Shown: positions 1 through 10,213, counted from the first letter of the stretch. The stretch is 44,298 nucleotides of DNA from Gemmatimonadota bacterium (GCA_036679645.1 JAZDCY010000084.1:1-44298); one strand, 5' to 3'. Numbers and translations: made by a program. The notes: generated by a model from the letters alone, not told the origin.

Positions 1-302
1 ATCCAGTCCACGTACGTCTCCATCTCCTTCCCGGCGACGGTCTCGGGATAGTTCTGCTCGACCGGAAACGGCGGGACCGCCATGGCCGGCGTCAGGAGAT
101 GATCGAACCGCTCGAAGAACTCCTTGAAGTGATGCCACGCACGCGCACGCGCGTATTCGGCCGCTCCGAGTTGCTCCCCCGTGATCGCGAGTCCCGCTTT
201 CGTATTATTGGCGACGTTGACGCCGAAGTCTTCGATCCTGTCGAGCCGTCGATGCATGACCGACGCAAACCAGTACGCTCTCAATGCGAGAAACGCATCG
301 CG
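1..302 (-). pseudogene. Amidase-family C-terminal fragment lacking its N-terminus; runs off the left edge
   Basis: Manual translation of the minus strand gives RDAFLALRAYWFASVMHRRLDRIEDFG...FFERFDHLLTPAMAVPPFPVEQNYPETVAGKEMETYVDW, typical of amidase-signature C-termini. The upstream DNA is the CoxS-like gene in another frame. Not in the ORF track. Confidence 0.7.
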
Positions 303-688
303 ACATTTGGCTGCTCTTTGAGGAATGCCGTCAAGGTCATCAGAATACCGGGCGAACAGAACCCGCATTGCAGCCCGTGCTTTTCGTGAAACGCCATCTG
401 GATCGGGTGGAGATCGTCGCTTCCGACGTCGGTCATTCCCTCGACGGTCTGGACATCGAGCCCATCGACCTGTACAGCAAACAGCAAGCACGCGCGCATA
501 GGTTGTCCGTCCGGCAACACTGTGCACGCCCCGCACACGCCGTGTTCGCAACCCACGTGCGTGCCCGTCAGGTTCAGTTGGTCACGAAGAAAATCGCTGA
601 GCAACACACGTGGCTCGACCACGCACTCGCGCCGCGTGCCGTTGACCGTCACGACGATGGAGACTTGTTGACTCCGTACGCCGTCCAA
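281..688 (-). pseudogene. (2Fe-2S)-binding CoxS/CutS-type small subunit, 3' truncated
   Basis: Contains GCEHGVCGAC and QCGFCSPG but ends at KEQPNVAMRFSH, without the conserved NLCRC motif that supplies two Cys of the second cluster. Confidence 0.75.
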
Positions 689-830
689 CCCTGTTTTCTA
701 CTGGTCGGGAAGTACATCGTATCCGCTGTACGGTAGTAGACCAGCTCTCACGTTACACCAGACGCATAACCTCTGGCGCTGTGGCGGTTTGGCGTGCATA
801 CTCGTGCTCGCGCGCTGATCGCCGGAGGCC

Positions 831-1343
831 ATGATGTCCACGAAGGTCGTCGCACACTTCATCGATCACGATATCGTCAAGGGTACGAGCCTGGACCTCG
901 ATCCGGGGCGGCCGACCTGCCACATCACCACGGAAGACCGCGGTACCGTAGAGGTCGATCTGTCGCTGTGCAAGGCGCTCTACGTAGTGAAGGAACTGGG
1001 GGGCAACCCCAATTACACCGAGCTACAGCGGCCCAGCCAGGGTGATATTCGTCTGCGCGGCAGCAAGATGATCGAGATCACGTTCCATGATGGAGAGACC
1101 TTAGGCGGGCTGGCAAACTCCTTTCCACCCAAACGGCCGTTCTTCTTCGTGCTACCGATAGACCCGAAGAGCAACAACGTCCGCATCTTGATCAACCGCG
1201 AAGCGGTTGCGTCAATGAAGGAACTCAAAGATCAGACCACTCCACCCGCGGCGCAACCGACGCCGCGCACCCCCAACCCCAAGAAGCCGCGCACCAGCTG
1301 GGTGTTCGACGGCAAAGAAATCAAGGAGATCCGCTCGGACTAG
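831..1343 (+). CDS. Hypothetical protein, DUF6982-like, with Pro-rich C-terminal tail
   Basis: GGAGG RBS. KVVAHF...KG...H, KALYVVK, F.DGE and FFVLPIDPKSNNVRI resemble DUF6982 proteins (from memory). Confidence 0.65.
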   Translation: MMSTKVVAHFIDHDIVKGTSLDLDPGRPTCHITTEDRGTVEVDLSLCKALYVVKELGGNPNYTELQRPSQGDIRLRGSKMIEITFHDGETLGGLANSFPPKRPFFFVLPIDPKSNNVRILINREAVASMKELKDQTTPPAAQPTPRTPNPKKPRTSWVFDGKEIKEIRSD

Positions 1344-1953
1344 CCCCCTCGACTCGCCGATACATCCGCGACTCCCAAAACCGGCGCCGCATGCTCCCGT
1401 GCTCCACCGTGACCTCGAGCCGTAGGTACAGCCCCGAGTCGGCCAGAAAGTACGACTCGATCAGCTTGCCTCCACTATTCGGCTCGTACTCGATAATGAG
1501 ATCCCCGTCATCCCAATGGGCCTTCACCTCGACGGTCACATCGTCGTTCAGGTCCATCTGTGTCTTGGGGCCGTCCGGGAAAACTCGGTAGGTGAATCCA
1601 TCTTCGTTAGTCACGACGACCGAAGAGTCGTCGATGGCTAGTTGGAAGGCCGGTACGGCCTGGGCCATCCCGATGAGCAGGCCAATGCCAAACCGGTCAG
1701 ACTCGCTGAGACCCCGGCGACTGCCGCGTCCCCCACGCCGTGCCTCGCCCGGCGGTCCGCTATCGCGCTGGAACGTGTCACGCGCTTCCTCCTCGCGCGC
1801 GCTCTTCGCCGAGTCGATGGCGGCCCTGTCGCGTAGCTCCCAATTCCCGGCCATCGGGTTCTGCTGGGCAGCGAGGCGAGAGGACCCCGCCGTCGCGAGC
1901 AGCGCGAGCCCCAGCAAGGCGGCCGAATACACGGATTGTCGCATACGCACCAT
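1321..1953 (-). CDS. Hypothetical exported protein
   Basis: Signal-peptide-like N-terminus (MRQSVYSAALLGLALLATAG...AAQQ), followed by a GNWEL motif and a beta-rich C-terminus. Start is 1953 or 1944, not 2130. Confidence 0.65.
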   Translation of the reverse strand: MVRMRQSVYSAALLGLALLATAGSSRLAAQQNPMAGNWELRDRAAIDSAKSAREEEARDTFQRDSGPPGEARRGGRGSRRGLSESDRFGIGLLIGMAQAVPAFQLAIDDSSVVVTNEDGFTYRVFPDGPKTQMDLNDDVTVEVKAHWDDGDLIIEYEPNSGGKLIESYFLADSGLYLRLEVTVEHGSMRRRFWESRMYRRVEGASPSGSP

Positions 1954-2036
1954 CGTGGATGAAGGTTCCTTCTTCGAACACCCCAGGGCGACCGGTACGT
2001 TCCCGACTGTTCCCCTTCCCGTCCCCCCCCAACGCC

Positions 2037-2063
2037 TCAGGACTGATCGCGGACTGCCGATAC
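2037..2063 (+). promoter_or_regulatory. Sigma28 (FliA)-like promoter upstream of the bactofilin gene
   Basis: TCAGG-N14-GCCGATAC, versus the sigma28 consensus TCAAG/TAAAG-N14-GCCGATA. Intergenic and correctly oriented. Confidence 0.6.
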
Positions 2064-2175
2064 CTCTAGTGAGTCGGATCACACTCTTCGGTCCGGCGAC
2101 GCCATAGTGTCGAGGAGACACGTGGGGCACAAGGCCCCGCCGTCGATGACAGACACGCGCGGAGGAGCGTTACCG

Positions 2176-2583
2176 ATGGCTGTATTCTCGAGCCCACGGA
2201 ACGGTGATCAATCCGAATTCCGCATCGACAACGGGCACGCACTGTCGATACTCGCGCCGGGGAGTTCGGTGGTGGGCGACCTGGTGTCCGACGGCGTCAT
2301 CAAGGTAGAGGGCCGAATCGAGGGACGCGTAGCCGGCCACCAGGTGCTGATCTCCAAGGGTGGACGGGTAATGGGCGATATCGAGGCGGCTGTAGCGGTG
2401 GTCGCCGGCGAGGTCCACGGCAACATCGCAGCCCGCGAACGCCTCGAGCTACAGGCCGGGTGCACCGTCCACGGAAACGTAACGGCCGCGCGCGTGGTGA
2501 TTCACGAGGGCGGCGAGCTGAACGGACAGCTGCGCATGGAGCGGAAAGCCACCGTGAGCGCGCCCAGTTCGGTAGCCGCCTAG
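2176..2583 (+). CDS. Bactofilin (polymer-forming cytoskeletal protein)
   Basis: GGAGGAG RBS at 2161. SILAPGSSVVGDL...IKVEGRIEG...VAGEVHGNI...VHGNV...GGELNGQLRM is the bactofilin beta-helix pattern. Confidence 0.9.
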   Translation: MAVFSSPRNGDQSEFRIDNGHALSILAPGSSVVGDLVSDGVIKVEGRIEGRVAGHQVLISKGGRVMGDIEAAVAVVAGEVHGNIAARERLELQAGCTVHGNVTAARVVIHEGGELNGQLRMERKATVSAPSSVAA

Positions 2584-2608
2584 CCGTCCAAGATTCAGCT
2601 GGATTCCT

Positions 2609-4741
2609 TCAGCGGGGCTCGCCGTACCGCTCGGCAAGCTGCACCACACCGGCCGGCTCGCCGATAATCGTGAGCCGGTCGTTGTCCATGAGCACCGTTT
2701 GCCCGCGCGGTACGATCGAGACGCCGCGCCGCCGGATGAGAGCGACCAGCGCGCCCTCCGGCATCTGTAATTCACACAGCGCCTTCCCAATGAGCACCTC
2801 ACTGCGAGCGCCGCTGCGTACCTGCAGGGAGAGAAACCGGTCATCGCGCAGGAGCGTCTCCTTGAGGTCCTGTTCGTCCTCGTTCGCGAGCCACTCCGGC
2901 ATAAAGCCCTGATCGTCGACGCGGCCGGCAATCTGGGCCAGAATCCGCAGGTGCTGGCCGGGATCCGCCTCCCCGCTCACCAGGAAAAACACAGCACGGA
3001 TAGGTTGAGCGGCTGCCTGACGCGCGAACTCCGCATCTGTCTCAGTCTCCGATACGTGCACCCCCGCACCACAGCGGACAATCACCAACTCGGAATCGTC
3101 GACGGTCGGAAGCCTCGTGTGCACCAGGGCGGCACCGTGCGAGACCGGCGTCCCCCCTGCGGCAAGTCCACGCTCGAAACCAGCCACGAGAGCCTCGGCG
3201 GTGACTGGAAGCCGGCGCGCCAGGAGACCGCTCGCCTCCTCGATGAGGTGATGTATCTCCTGGGATACCGCGCAGTCGATCACATCGGAGTGCGCGACGA
3301 CATGATCGAACGGGTCTTCGGCGCGTGCGCCCTTTTCCTTCATGATGTCGCGCAACTCGCGGTCGAGCCCCGCGAACCGTCGTCGCCCGAGCCTCTCGAA
3401 CACGTGGAAGATGGCGCCTTCGCGCTCGATACGTGGCCGCGCGTAGTAGTTGTACCAGGCCACCGATCCGACAGCTACGGCGAGCGTGAACAGCACGGTC
3501 AGCCACCCCATCTCCGCAACCAGAATGAAAGGCACAATCAAACCGGCGAGTTGCATCCAAGGGTAGAGCGGCGAGCGGAAGCCCGGGTCGTAGGACTCGA
3601 TCCGGCTCTCACGCATCACGATCACGGAGACATTGAGAAGACCGAACAGCATCAGCTGCAGCGCGCTCGCCAGCTTGGCCACCCCCTCGACGTTCAGCGT
3701 GAGCAAGAACGCCGCGAGGAGCGCGCACGTAAGGAGAATCGAGAGGACCGGCTGTCCCCTGCCGCTCAACCCCGCGAACCGGTCGGGGAACACCCGGTCA
3801 CGCGCCATCGCGAGCGGATACCGAGACGCGGAGAGAATGCCGGCGTTGGCCATCGCCGCGAACGCCACAACGGCAGCCACCGCCATGACCCATACTCCCA
3901 GACGTCCCGGCATCCAGGCCGTGAACACAGCGGCCGCATCGGCAATGGGCGTCAGACTACCGCTCATCCGGTCGGCGCCGAGCGACGTGACCATCACGAA
4001 CACGGCCAGAACATAGACCACCAGAGCCGTTCCCAAGGCAAACATCATTCCCAATGGGATGTTCCGCTCGGGGTCAACCACCTCTTCAGCGAGACTCGCG
4101 ACATTGGTGAGCCCGACATAGGACACGAACACGATGCCAATAGTCCCGATTAGCCCGTCGACGCCGTCGAGCAGGAAGGGCGTCAGCCGCAAGCGCACGT
4201 GCGACACGGTATCGGCCTGCGCCCCGACATCGACCAGCCCGAGGACGATGAAGAACGCCATCGCGGCGAGGAGCACGAAGAGGAGTGCCCGTAACAATCT
4301 GCTCGATTCCCGGGCCCCGACGACGTTGAGGGCGGCGAAGAACGCCGTGAACGCCAGTGCAGTAGACTTAACGGGGACGTCCACCACCAACGCGATGTAG
4401 GCGCCCATTCCGATGAGTGCGAACGCCGCCTTCAAGACGAGCGCGAACCACGTCCCCACCCCACCGATCGTTCCTACCAATGGGCCCAACGTGCGATCGA
4501 GGTAGTAGTAGGCGCCTCCCGCACGGGGCATCGCCGTAGCAAGCTCCGCCTGGCTCAACATGGCAGGAACGATCAACAGCCCGGACAAGAGATACGCGAG
4601 GATTACGCTCGGCCCCGTGTACGACGCCGCGATGCCCGGCAGGAGAAAGAGCCCTGCGCTGATCATGGTGCCCGTGCTCACGACGTAGACGTCGAAGAGC
4701 GTCAGGCGCTTCTCCAGACGGGCAAACGGGACGCGGGTCAT
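2609..4741 (-). CDS. APC-family amino acid permease fused to a PTS EIIA-like domain and a TrkA-C (RCK_C) domain
   Basis: GTMISAGLFLLPG, AELATAMPRAGG, LAEEV, SRYPLAMARD and many TM helices. Then GTPVSHGAALVH...HLRILAQIA (EIIA-2) and LVALIRRRGVSIVPRGQTVL...DRLTIIG (RCK_C). Confidence 0.88.
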   Translation of the reverse strand: MTRVPFARLEKRLTLFDVYVVSTGTMISAGLFLLPGIAASYTGPSVILAYLLSGLLIVPAMLSQAELATAMPRAGGAYYYLDRTLGPLVGTIGGVGTWFALVLKAAFALIGMGAYIALVVDVPVKSTALAFTAFFAALNVVGARESSRLLRALLFVLLAAMAFFIVLGLVDVGAQADTVSHVRLRLTPFLLDGVDGLIGTIGIVFVSYVGLTNVASLAEEVVDPERNIPLGMMFALGTALVVYVLAVFVMVTSLGADRMSGSLTPIADAAAVFTAWMPGRLGVWVMAVAAVVAFAAMANAGILSASRYPLAMARDRVFPDRFAGLSGRGQPVLSILLTCALLAAFLLTLNVEGVAKLASALQLMLFGLLNVSVIVMRESRIESYDPGFRSPLYPWMQLAGLIVPFILVAEMGWLTVLFTLAVAVGSVAWYNYYARPRIEREGAIFHVFERLGRRRFAGLDRELRDIMKEKGARAEDPFDHVVAHSDVIDCAVSQEIHHLIEEASGLLARRLPVTAEALVAGFERGLAAGGTPVSHGAALVHTRLPTVDDSELVIVRCGAGVHVSETETDAEFARQAAAQPIRAVFFLVSGEADPGQHLRILAQIAGRVDDQGFMPEWLANEDEQDLKETLLRDDRFLSLQVRSGARSEVLIGKALCELQMPEGALVALIRRRGVSIVPRGQTVLMDNDRLTIIGEPAGVVQLAERYGEPR

Positions 4742-4753
4742 GGCCTATGATAC

Positions 4754-4849
4754 GGGCGATGATAGGAGCGATGAAAGGGGCGATGAGAAGGGGCGATGCT
4801 CGCTCGCGCGACCTAACCCCGGGCGTGAGCCCGGGGTTAGGGGCGATGG
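4754..4849. repeat. GGGCGATG short repeats flanking a perfect 13-bp hairpin (REP-like or terminator-like)
   Basis: GG(G/A)GCGATG-like units at about 4754, 4765, 4777, 4790 and 4840. Hairpin CCTAACCCCGGGC-GTGA-GCCCGGGGTTAGG at 4812-4841. Confidence 0.7.
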
Positions 4850-4855
4850 AGGGGG

Positions 4856-5929
4856 TTAGCCACGGCTCACACTGGCGGGCATGTCTGTGCGGAGGCTCGA
4901 GCTCAAAAACCGTCCCGCCATGAGTTCAGCCAGGGGCCGGGTGGTCTGGAACCGCGCCAGCACGATGCGCAGTACCGCCGTGATGGGCGTTGCCAGCAAC
5001 ATCCCGACGACACCCCAGAGCAACCCCCAGAACACGAGCGCCAACAACACCGTGATGGGACTGAGGTCGAGTCCTTCCCCCATCACCTTGGGCTCGATGC
5101 CATTGCCGATCACGATCTGGACCACACCCAGCAGGGCCACGACCGTGCCTACCATCCACATGCTGTCGTAATGCACGAGCGCAATCGGGAGGGGCAGGAG
5201 CGTGGCAATGATCGAGCCGATTGACGGGATGAAGTTGAGCAGGAAGGCCAGCATGCCGAACACGAGCGCCAGGGGCAGCCCAAAGAGTGCCAGAATCGTC
5301 CCCACCAGGGTGCCGGTGACAGCCGAGATGATGAACTTCATGACGAGGAAGCGGCGGATCTTTTCGTCGATCTCCTGGATGATCCCCGTCCGCACGGTGT
5401 CGGCGCGCCGCCCGATGAGCAGGAAGATCACGAAGATCAACACCAGGAAGCCGTTGGTAACGAGACCGAACACCGTCCCAGCGGCACCGCTCACGAGACG
5501 GGCGAGCGGCAGCTGGCGGAGCGACTCGAGCACGTTGGCCTGGCCGAGGTCGATGTTGTATCGGTCGAGCACGCCGAAGATGCGCTGCGTCAAGTTGACC
5601 AGTTTTTCGCGGTAGATGTCGGCGGAGTCCAACAGCCCGCTCGCCGATAACGTGATCAACAGCCCCAGCAGCCCCAGCAGCGCTGCGACCAGCAGGAACG
5701 TGACCAGGACCGAGGCCCAGCGGGGGAACCTGGCGTGGCTCTCCAGCATGGTCGCGACCGGTGAGACCAGATAATACACGAAGATCGCGAGCACGAACGG
5801 CACCATCACCGGCCGCGTGTACGCGAGCGCGAACGCGGCCGCCACGGCAGCGATCACCATCATCGACGCCGTGACGAGCCAGCTACGCTCTTCGGACAGG
5901 TTCCGCGGCAGCAGGGCCATGGGTCGCAT
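4856..5929 (-). CDS. AI-2E family (PerM/TqsA-like) transporter
   Basis: LNFIPSIG, GNGIEPKVMGEGLDLSP and FWGLLWGVVGMLLATPITA motifs. Confidence 0.92.
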   Translation of the reverse strand: MRPMALLPRNLSEERSWLVTASMMVIAAVAAAFALAYTRPVMVPFVLAIFVYYLVSPVATMLESHARFPRWASVLVTFLLVAALLGLLGLLITLSASGLLDSADIYREKLVNLTQRIFGVLDRYNIDLGQANVLESLRQLPLARLVSGAAGTVFGLVTNGFLVLIFVIFLLIGRRADTVRTGIIQEIDEKIRRFLVMKFIISAVTGTLVGTILALFGLPLALVFGMLAFLLNFIPSIGSIIATLLPLPIALVHYDSMWMVGTVVALLGVVQIVIGNGIEPKVMGEGLDLSPITVLLALVFWGLLWGVVGMLLATPITAVLRIVLARFQTTRPLAELMAGRFLSSSLRTDMPASVSRG

Positions 5930-5935
5930 TATGCC

Positions 5936-6358
5936 TTACGCGAACGAACCACTCAACCCCAGGACCAACTCCATCGCCACCGCGGTATCCGGACACGCAC
6001 CCCGGAACTCCGCCGACGCCATCACCGGCTCGGCAACGTCACCGCGCCCGATCACGCGAAACCCGAACCGCGGAAAGAAGCGCTCCGCCGTCTCGGTCAG
6101 CAGATAGAGTGTCGATACGCCCTCCGTGCGCGCCAGGTCCAGCGCCGCGCCCACCGCGACCGATCGGAGCAGCCCATGCGTCCCATGGCATTCCACGGCC
6201 GCGCTGCCAAGAACCTGCGCACCCACTCGCGCAACGAGCACCGTACGCCAATGTCCCTCGAGACCGTCCGGTGGGAGATTGCTGGCACGCAGCAATGCCA
6301 GCACGGCGTCCCGATCCCGATCGGTCGCTCGCTCGATGATCACCGGATCGAGGTGCAC
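5936..6358 (-). pseudogene. ArsN2-like GNAT N-acetyltransferase with an in-frame internal deletion of acetyl-CoA motif A
   Basis: GLLRSVAV, LYLLTETAERFF.RFGF and SAEFRGACPDTAVAM match ArsN2-type GNATs. The usual RGxGxG segment after RSVAV is absent. Confidence 0.65.
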
Positions 6359-6373
6359 CGTGCCTCCTCGCGC

Positions 6374-6961
6374 TCAGCGCCCGTCGTCTCTTACCATCGC
6401 CTCGAGTGCCGCACGCGGACAGACATGGGTCCCGAGATACTCGAGAAGCCGTGTAGCCAAGCCGCGCACCTGTTTCTCCACGGCGTTGTCCGTGCACGTG
6501 CCGTCCTCATCGAACACACCCTGAACTCCAGCCACGGAAACGGGGCCCGGTAACACGATGGCACCGACATGCGACGCCACGCTACGCAGGTGTTCGAGCG
6601 ACTTGATGGCCCCAATTCTGCCGGCGGCTACGCCGAGCAAGGCGATGGGCTTGCCCGCCAACACAGACGGAAAGCCGAGGTTCTCGATAACGAGCTTCAT
6701 GGCCGCACTGAACGACCCGTGGTACTCCGGTGTGGCCAAGACCACAGCGTCGGCAGCCTGCACCACCTCACGCAGCCTGGGCCCATCAGGCGATTCACCA
6801 CCTCCCGGAAGCGCCAACGTGAGCGCGGCGGCATCGAGCAGCGTTACCGTTACATCGCGCCGGCGCAACTCGTCAACCACCAACGCCAACGCGCGTCCCG
6901 TATAATTCCCGTCGCGCGCGGTCCCCAGCACCGCAGCGACTTGAAGACCTGCGTCAGCCAT
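6374..6961 (-). CDS. NADPH-dependent FMN reductase (flavodoxin-like)
   Basis: LGTARDG, ADAVVLATPEYHGSFSAAMK and LAGKP motifs. GGAGG RBS before the ATG at 6961. Confidence 0.9.
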   Translation of the reverse strand: MADAGLQVAAVLGTARDGNYTGRALALVVDELRRRDVTVTLLDAAALTLALPGGGESPDGPRLREVVQAADAVVLATPEYHGSFSAAMKLVIENLGFPSVLAGKPIALLGVAAGRIGAIKSLEHLRSVASHVGAIVLPGPVSVAGVQGVFDEDGTCTDNAVEKQVRGLATRLLEYLGTHVCPRAALEAMVRDDGR

Positions 6962-7165
6962 GAAGTCCTCCAGTGAAGGACGGCTACGGCCACGGTGGAT
7001 GTCATCGCAGCCATTGGTCCCGAAGCTAGACAGTTCCTGGGCCGCCGCAACGCCTCGCGACCTGTCGCGATGCCGCAACGGGGGTTCCAACCCGCACCTC
7101 TTCAGCGACACTCGTGGGGGTTAGGTAACACCATGTGCTACAACGAGTAAGCCTATCTCCGCAAT

Positions 7166-7180
7166 CGGCATACGTCTTGC
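7166..7180 (+). promoter_or_regulatory. Sigma54-like -24/-12 promoter upstream of aceB
   Basis: CGGCATACGTCTTGC has exact GG-N10-GC spacing and TTGC at -12, about 50 nt before the ATG. Confidence 0.55.
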
Positions 7181-7229
7181 GCTTTCACCGGCCGAAGGGG
7201 TAGTCGTCACCTTACGAAAGGCGGGATGA

Positions 7230-8882
7230 ATGCGGGCTGTGCAAGAACGCGGCAGGACGGACGGTCACACAGAGGACGGGACGCGCCGCCGGCGCCCCTC
7301 AGGCGCCTCGGGCCTCGAGCTGACTCGTGCGCTCGCATCGGAGCATGAGCGTATGCTGACGCCGGACGCCCTCCGTTTTCTGGTGGATCTCCACCGCGCG
7401 TTCGAGCACCGTCGGCAAGAGGTCCTGGGCCGCCGATTGAAAGTCCGTACGCGAATCCGCGACGGTGAGCTGCCGGCCTTTCGCGAGGATACCGCACACA
7501 TCCGCACGGCCGCCTGGACGGTGGCACCCATTCCCGCCGACCTCCAGGACCGGCGCGTCGAAATCACCGGGCCGGTCGATCGCAAGATGATCATCAACGC
7601 GCTCAATTCGGGCGCAAACGTCTTCATGGCGGACTTCGAGGACTCAAACAGTCCTACCTGGCAGAACGTCATCGACGGGCAGGTAAACCTGCACGACGCC
7701 GTGCGCCGCACGATCAGCTTCACCAACCCCGACGGCAAGCACTATGCACTTGGTGACGACACAGCCGTACTCTTCGTCCGGCCACGGGGCTGGCACCTCT
7801 CAGAGCAGAATTGTCTGGTCGACCGCACCCCCATGTCCGGGTCACTGTTCGATTTCGGCCTGTTCTTCTATCACAATGCCCACGCGCTCATCGAGGCTGG
7901 GACCGGGCCGTACTTCTATCTCCCCAAACTCGAAGATGCGCACGAGGCCCAGCTCTGGAATGACGTTTTCGTCTTTGCCCAAGATGCCCTGGGCGTGCCG
8001 CGCGGTACGATTCGCGCTACGGTACTGATCGAAACGATCTTGGCCGCCTTCCAGATGGACGAGATCCTGTGGGAGTTGAAGGACCACTCCGCCGGTCTGA
8101 ACTGCGGGCGCTGGGACTACATCTTCAGCTTCATCAAGACGTTCGCCAATCGTCCCGACTTCCTGCTGCCCGACCGCGGGCAGGTCACGATGGACAGCCG
8201 TTTTCTCCACGCGTACGTCGAGTTGCTGATCCACACGTGCCATCGGCGCGGCATCCACGCCATGGGCGGCATGGCCGCCCAGATTCCCATCAAGGGCGAT
8301 GAGGAGGCCAATGCGCGCGCAATCGAGCAGGTGCGCCAGGACAAGCTGCGCGAGGTGCGGGCCGGCCACGACGGGACGTGGGTCGCGCATCCCGGCCTCA
8401 TTCCGGTGGCCAGGGCAATCTTCGACGAGCACATGCCGACCCCGCATCAGATCGACAACACGCGCGACGATGTCGACGTGGACGCCTCCGACCTACTGGC
8501 CGTCCCCGACGGAACGATCACGCGCGCTGGTCTCCGGCACAACGTCGACGTCGGCATCCAGTACCTCGAAGCGTGGCTGCGCGGGTCGGGTTGCGTTCCC
8601 ATCTACAACCTGATGGAAGACGCCGCGACAGCAGAGATCTCCCGTACGCAGGTCTGGCAGTGGGTGCGGCATGCGGCCACGCTCGACGACGGCGCGACAG
8701 TGTCCGCGGCTATCGTCGAGGAGACGATCCTCGAGGTGCTCAAATCCATACGCGATCGGTTGGGAGCGTCACAGTTTGCGAACTCGCAGTTCACACTCGC
8801 CGGACGACTCTACAAGGACATGATGATCGCCCCCGAGCTGGGGGAGTGGCTCACAACCGTAGCCTACGAGCACATCGACTGA
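7230..8882 (+). CDS. aceB: Malate synthase A
   Basis: [40 protein letters not shown] and [12 protein letters not shown] motifs. Confidence 0.97.
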   Translation: MRAVQERGRTDGHTEDGTRRRRPSGASGLELTRALASEHERMLTPDALRFLVDLHRAFEHRRQEVLGRRLKVRTRIRDGELPAFREDTAHIRTAAWTVAPIPADLQDRRVEITGPVDRKMIINALNSGANVFMADFEDSNSPTWQNVIDGQVNLHDAVRRTISFTNPDGKHYALGDDTAVLFVRPRGWHLSEQNCLVDRTPMSGSLFDFGLFFYHNAHALIEAGTGPYFYLPKLEDAHEAQLWNDVFVFAQDALGVPRGTIRATVLIETILAAFQMDEILWELKDHSAGLNCGRWDYIFSFIKTFANRPDFLLPDRGQVTMDSRFLHAYVELLIHTCHRRGIHAMGGMAAQIPIKGDEEANARAIEQVRQDKLREVRAGHDGTWVAHPGLIPVARAIFDEHMPTPHQIDNTRDDVDVDASDLLAVPDGTITRAGLRHNVDVGIQYLEAWLRGSGCVPIYNLMEDAATAEISRTQVWQWVRHAATLDDGATVSAAIVEETILEVLKSIRDRLGASQFANSQFTLAGRLYKDMMIAPELGEWLTTVAYEHID

Positions 8883-8902
8883 AACCGGGACGCGAGGGCT
8901 CC

Positions 8903-10213
8903 ATGGACAAGCGGATCTTCGTCAATCAACTGCAACACCGCTGGACCCACGAGGCGCGGTGGCAAGGAATAGAGCGCCCCTACTGCGCCGAGGACGTCTG
9001 GCGACTCGCGGGTACGGTCCGCATAGACCACTCGCTGGCACGAATCGGATCCGAGCGCCTCTGGAAGCTGCTGCTCGACGAAGCGTACGTGCACGTCCTG
9101 AGTGCCGTCACCGGCAATCAAGCCATCCAACAGGTCCGCGCCGGGTTGCGGGCAATTTATGTGAGTGGCTGGCAGGTGGCGGGAGACGCCAACGACATGG
9201 GCGAAGTCTACCCGGACCAGAGTCTGTACCCCGCCAACAGCTGTCCCAACCACGTCGAGCGCATCAACAACGCGCTGCTCCGCGCCGACCAGATTCACCA
9301 TCAGCGGGGTGAGGACGCGACGGAGTGGCTCGTTCCCGTCATCGCCGATGGGGAAGCCGGCTTTGGTGGCCTGCTGAACGCCTTCGAGCTAATGAAGAAC
9401 ATGATCAAGAAAGGTGCAGCCGGCGTGCACTTCGAGGATCAGCTCGCCTCACTGAAGAAGTGCGGCCATCTGGGCGGTAAGGTGCTCGTGCCAACCCAGG
9501 AGTTCATCAACAAGCTCGTGGCCGCCCGGCTCGCAGCCGACGTGTGTGGCGTCGATACCGTGCTCATCGCGCGCACCGACGCCCTGAGCGCGACGATCCT
9601 GGCCAACGATATCGACCCCAACGACCAACCGTACCTGACCGGTGAGCGCACGCCCGAGGGGTTCGCCCGCATCCGGTGCGGCATCGAGGCAGCGATCGCC
9701 CGCGGGTTGGCCTACGCTCCCTACGCGGATGTGCTCTGGTTCGAGACCGGCAAGCCGGATCTCGAGGAAGCGGGCCAGTTTGCCGAGGCCATGCACGCGC
9801 GGTTCCCCGGCAAGCTCCTGGCGTATAACTGCTCGCCGTCATTCAACTGGAAAATGCACCTCAGCGATCGGGAGATTGCGACGTTCCAGCACGAGCTTGG
9901 CAGTCTGGGCTACAAGTTCCAATTCGTGACCCTCTCGGGATTCCATTCCCTGAACCACGCCATGTATGAACTGGCCAGTGGCTACCGGGACCGCGGCATG
10001 GCCGCCTACGCCGATCTCCAGGAGCGAGAGCTCGCCACCGAAGAGGAAGGATACGAGGCCATCAAGCACCAACAGTTCGTCGGCGCCGGATACTTCGACC
10101 AGATTACGCAGATCGTCACACAAGGAGAATCGGCGGTCCTGGCCATGGAGGGATCCACCGAAGAAGAGCAGTTCGAGGAGCACCCCGCTTCTCCGCAACG
10201 CGCCAGCGCATGA
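8903..10213 (+). CDS. aceA: Isocitrate lyase
   Basis: [30 protein letters not shown] and [10 protein letters not shown] motifs. ATG at 8903 after GAGGG. Confidence 0.97.
   Translation: MDKRIFVNQLQHRWTHEARWQGIERPYCAEDVWRLAGTVRIDHSLARIGSERLWKLLLDEAYVHVLSAVTGNQAIQQVRAGLRAIYVSGWQVAGDANDMGEVYPDQSLYPANSCPNHVERINNALLRADQIHHQRGEDATEWLVPVIADGEAGFGGLLNAFELMKNMIKKGAAGVHFEDQLASLKKCGHLGGKVLVPTQEFINKLVAARLAADVCGVDTVLIARTDALSATILANDIDPNDQPYLTGERTPEGFARIRCGIEAAIARGLAYAPYADVLWFETGKPDLEEAGQFAEAMHARFPGKLLAYNCSPSFNWKMHLSDREIATFQHELGSLGYKFQFVTLSGFHSLNHAMYELASGYRDRGMAAYADLQERELATEEEGYEAIKHQQFVGAGYFDQITQIVTQGESAVLAMEGSTEEEQFEEHPASPQRASA

Noticed and set aside
2951..4153. 400-aa plus-strand ORF and similar long antisense ORFs (e.g. 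17317-18285, 22640-23665)
   Set aside because: Antisense shadows of well-supported genes, expected in high-GC DNA.
2660..5650. GCCGATAA matches at about 2660 and 5643
   Set aside because: Both lie inside coding sequences on the antisense strand with no plausible target.
8378..8902. N-terminal extensions in the ORF track (aceA, DPP-IV, M1 peptidase, malic enzyme, HAD, kinase)
   Set aside because: They overlap neighbouring genes or lack an RBS. Downstream starts match family N-termini.
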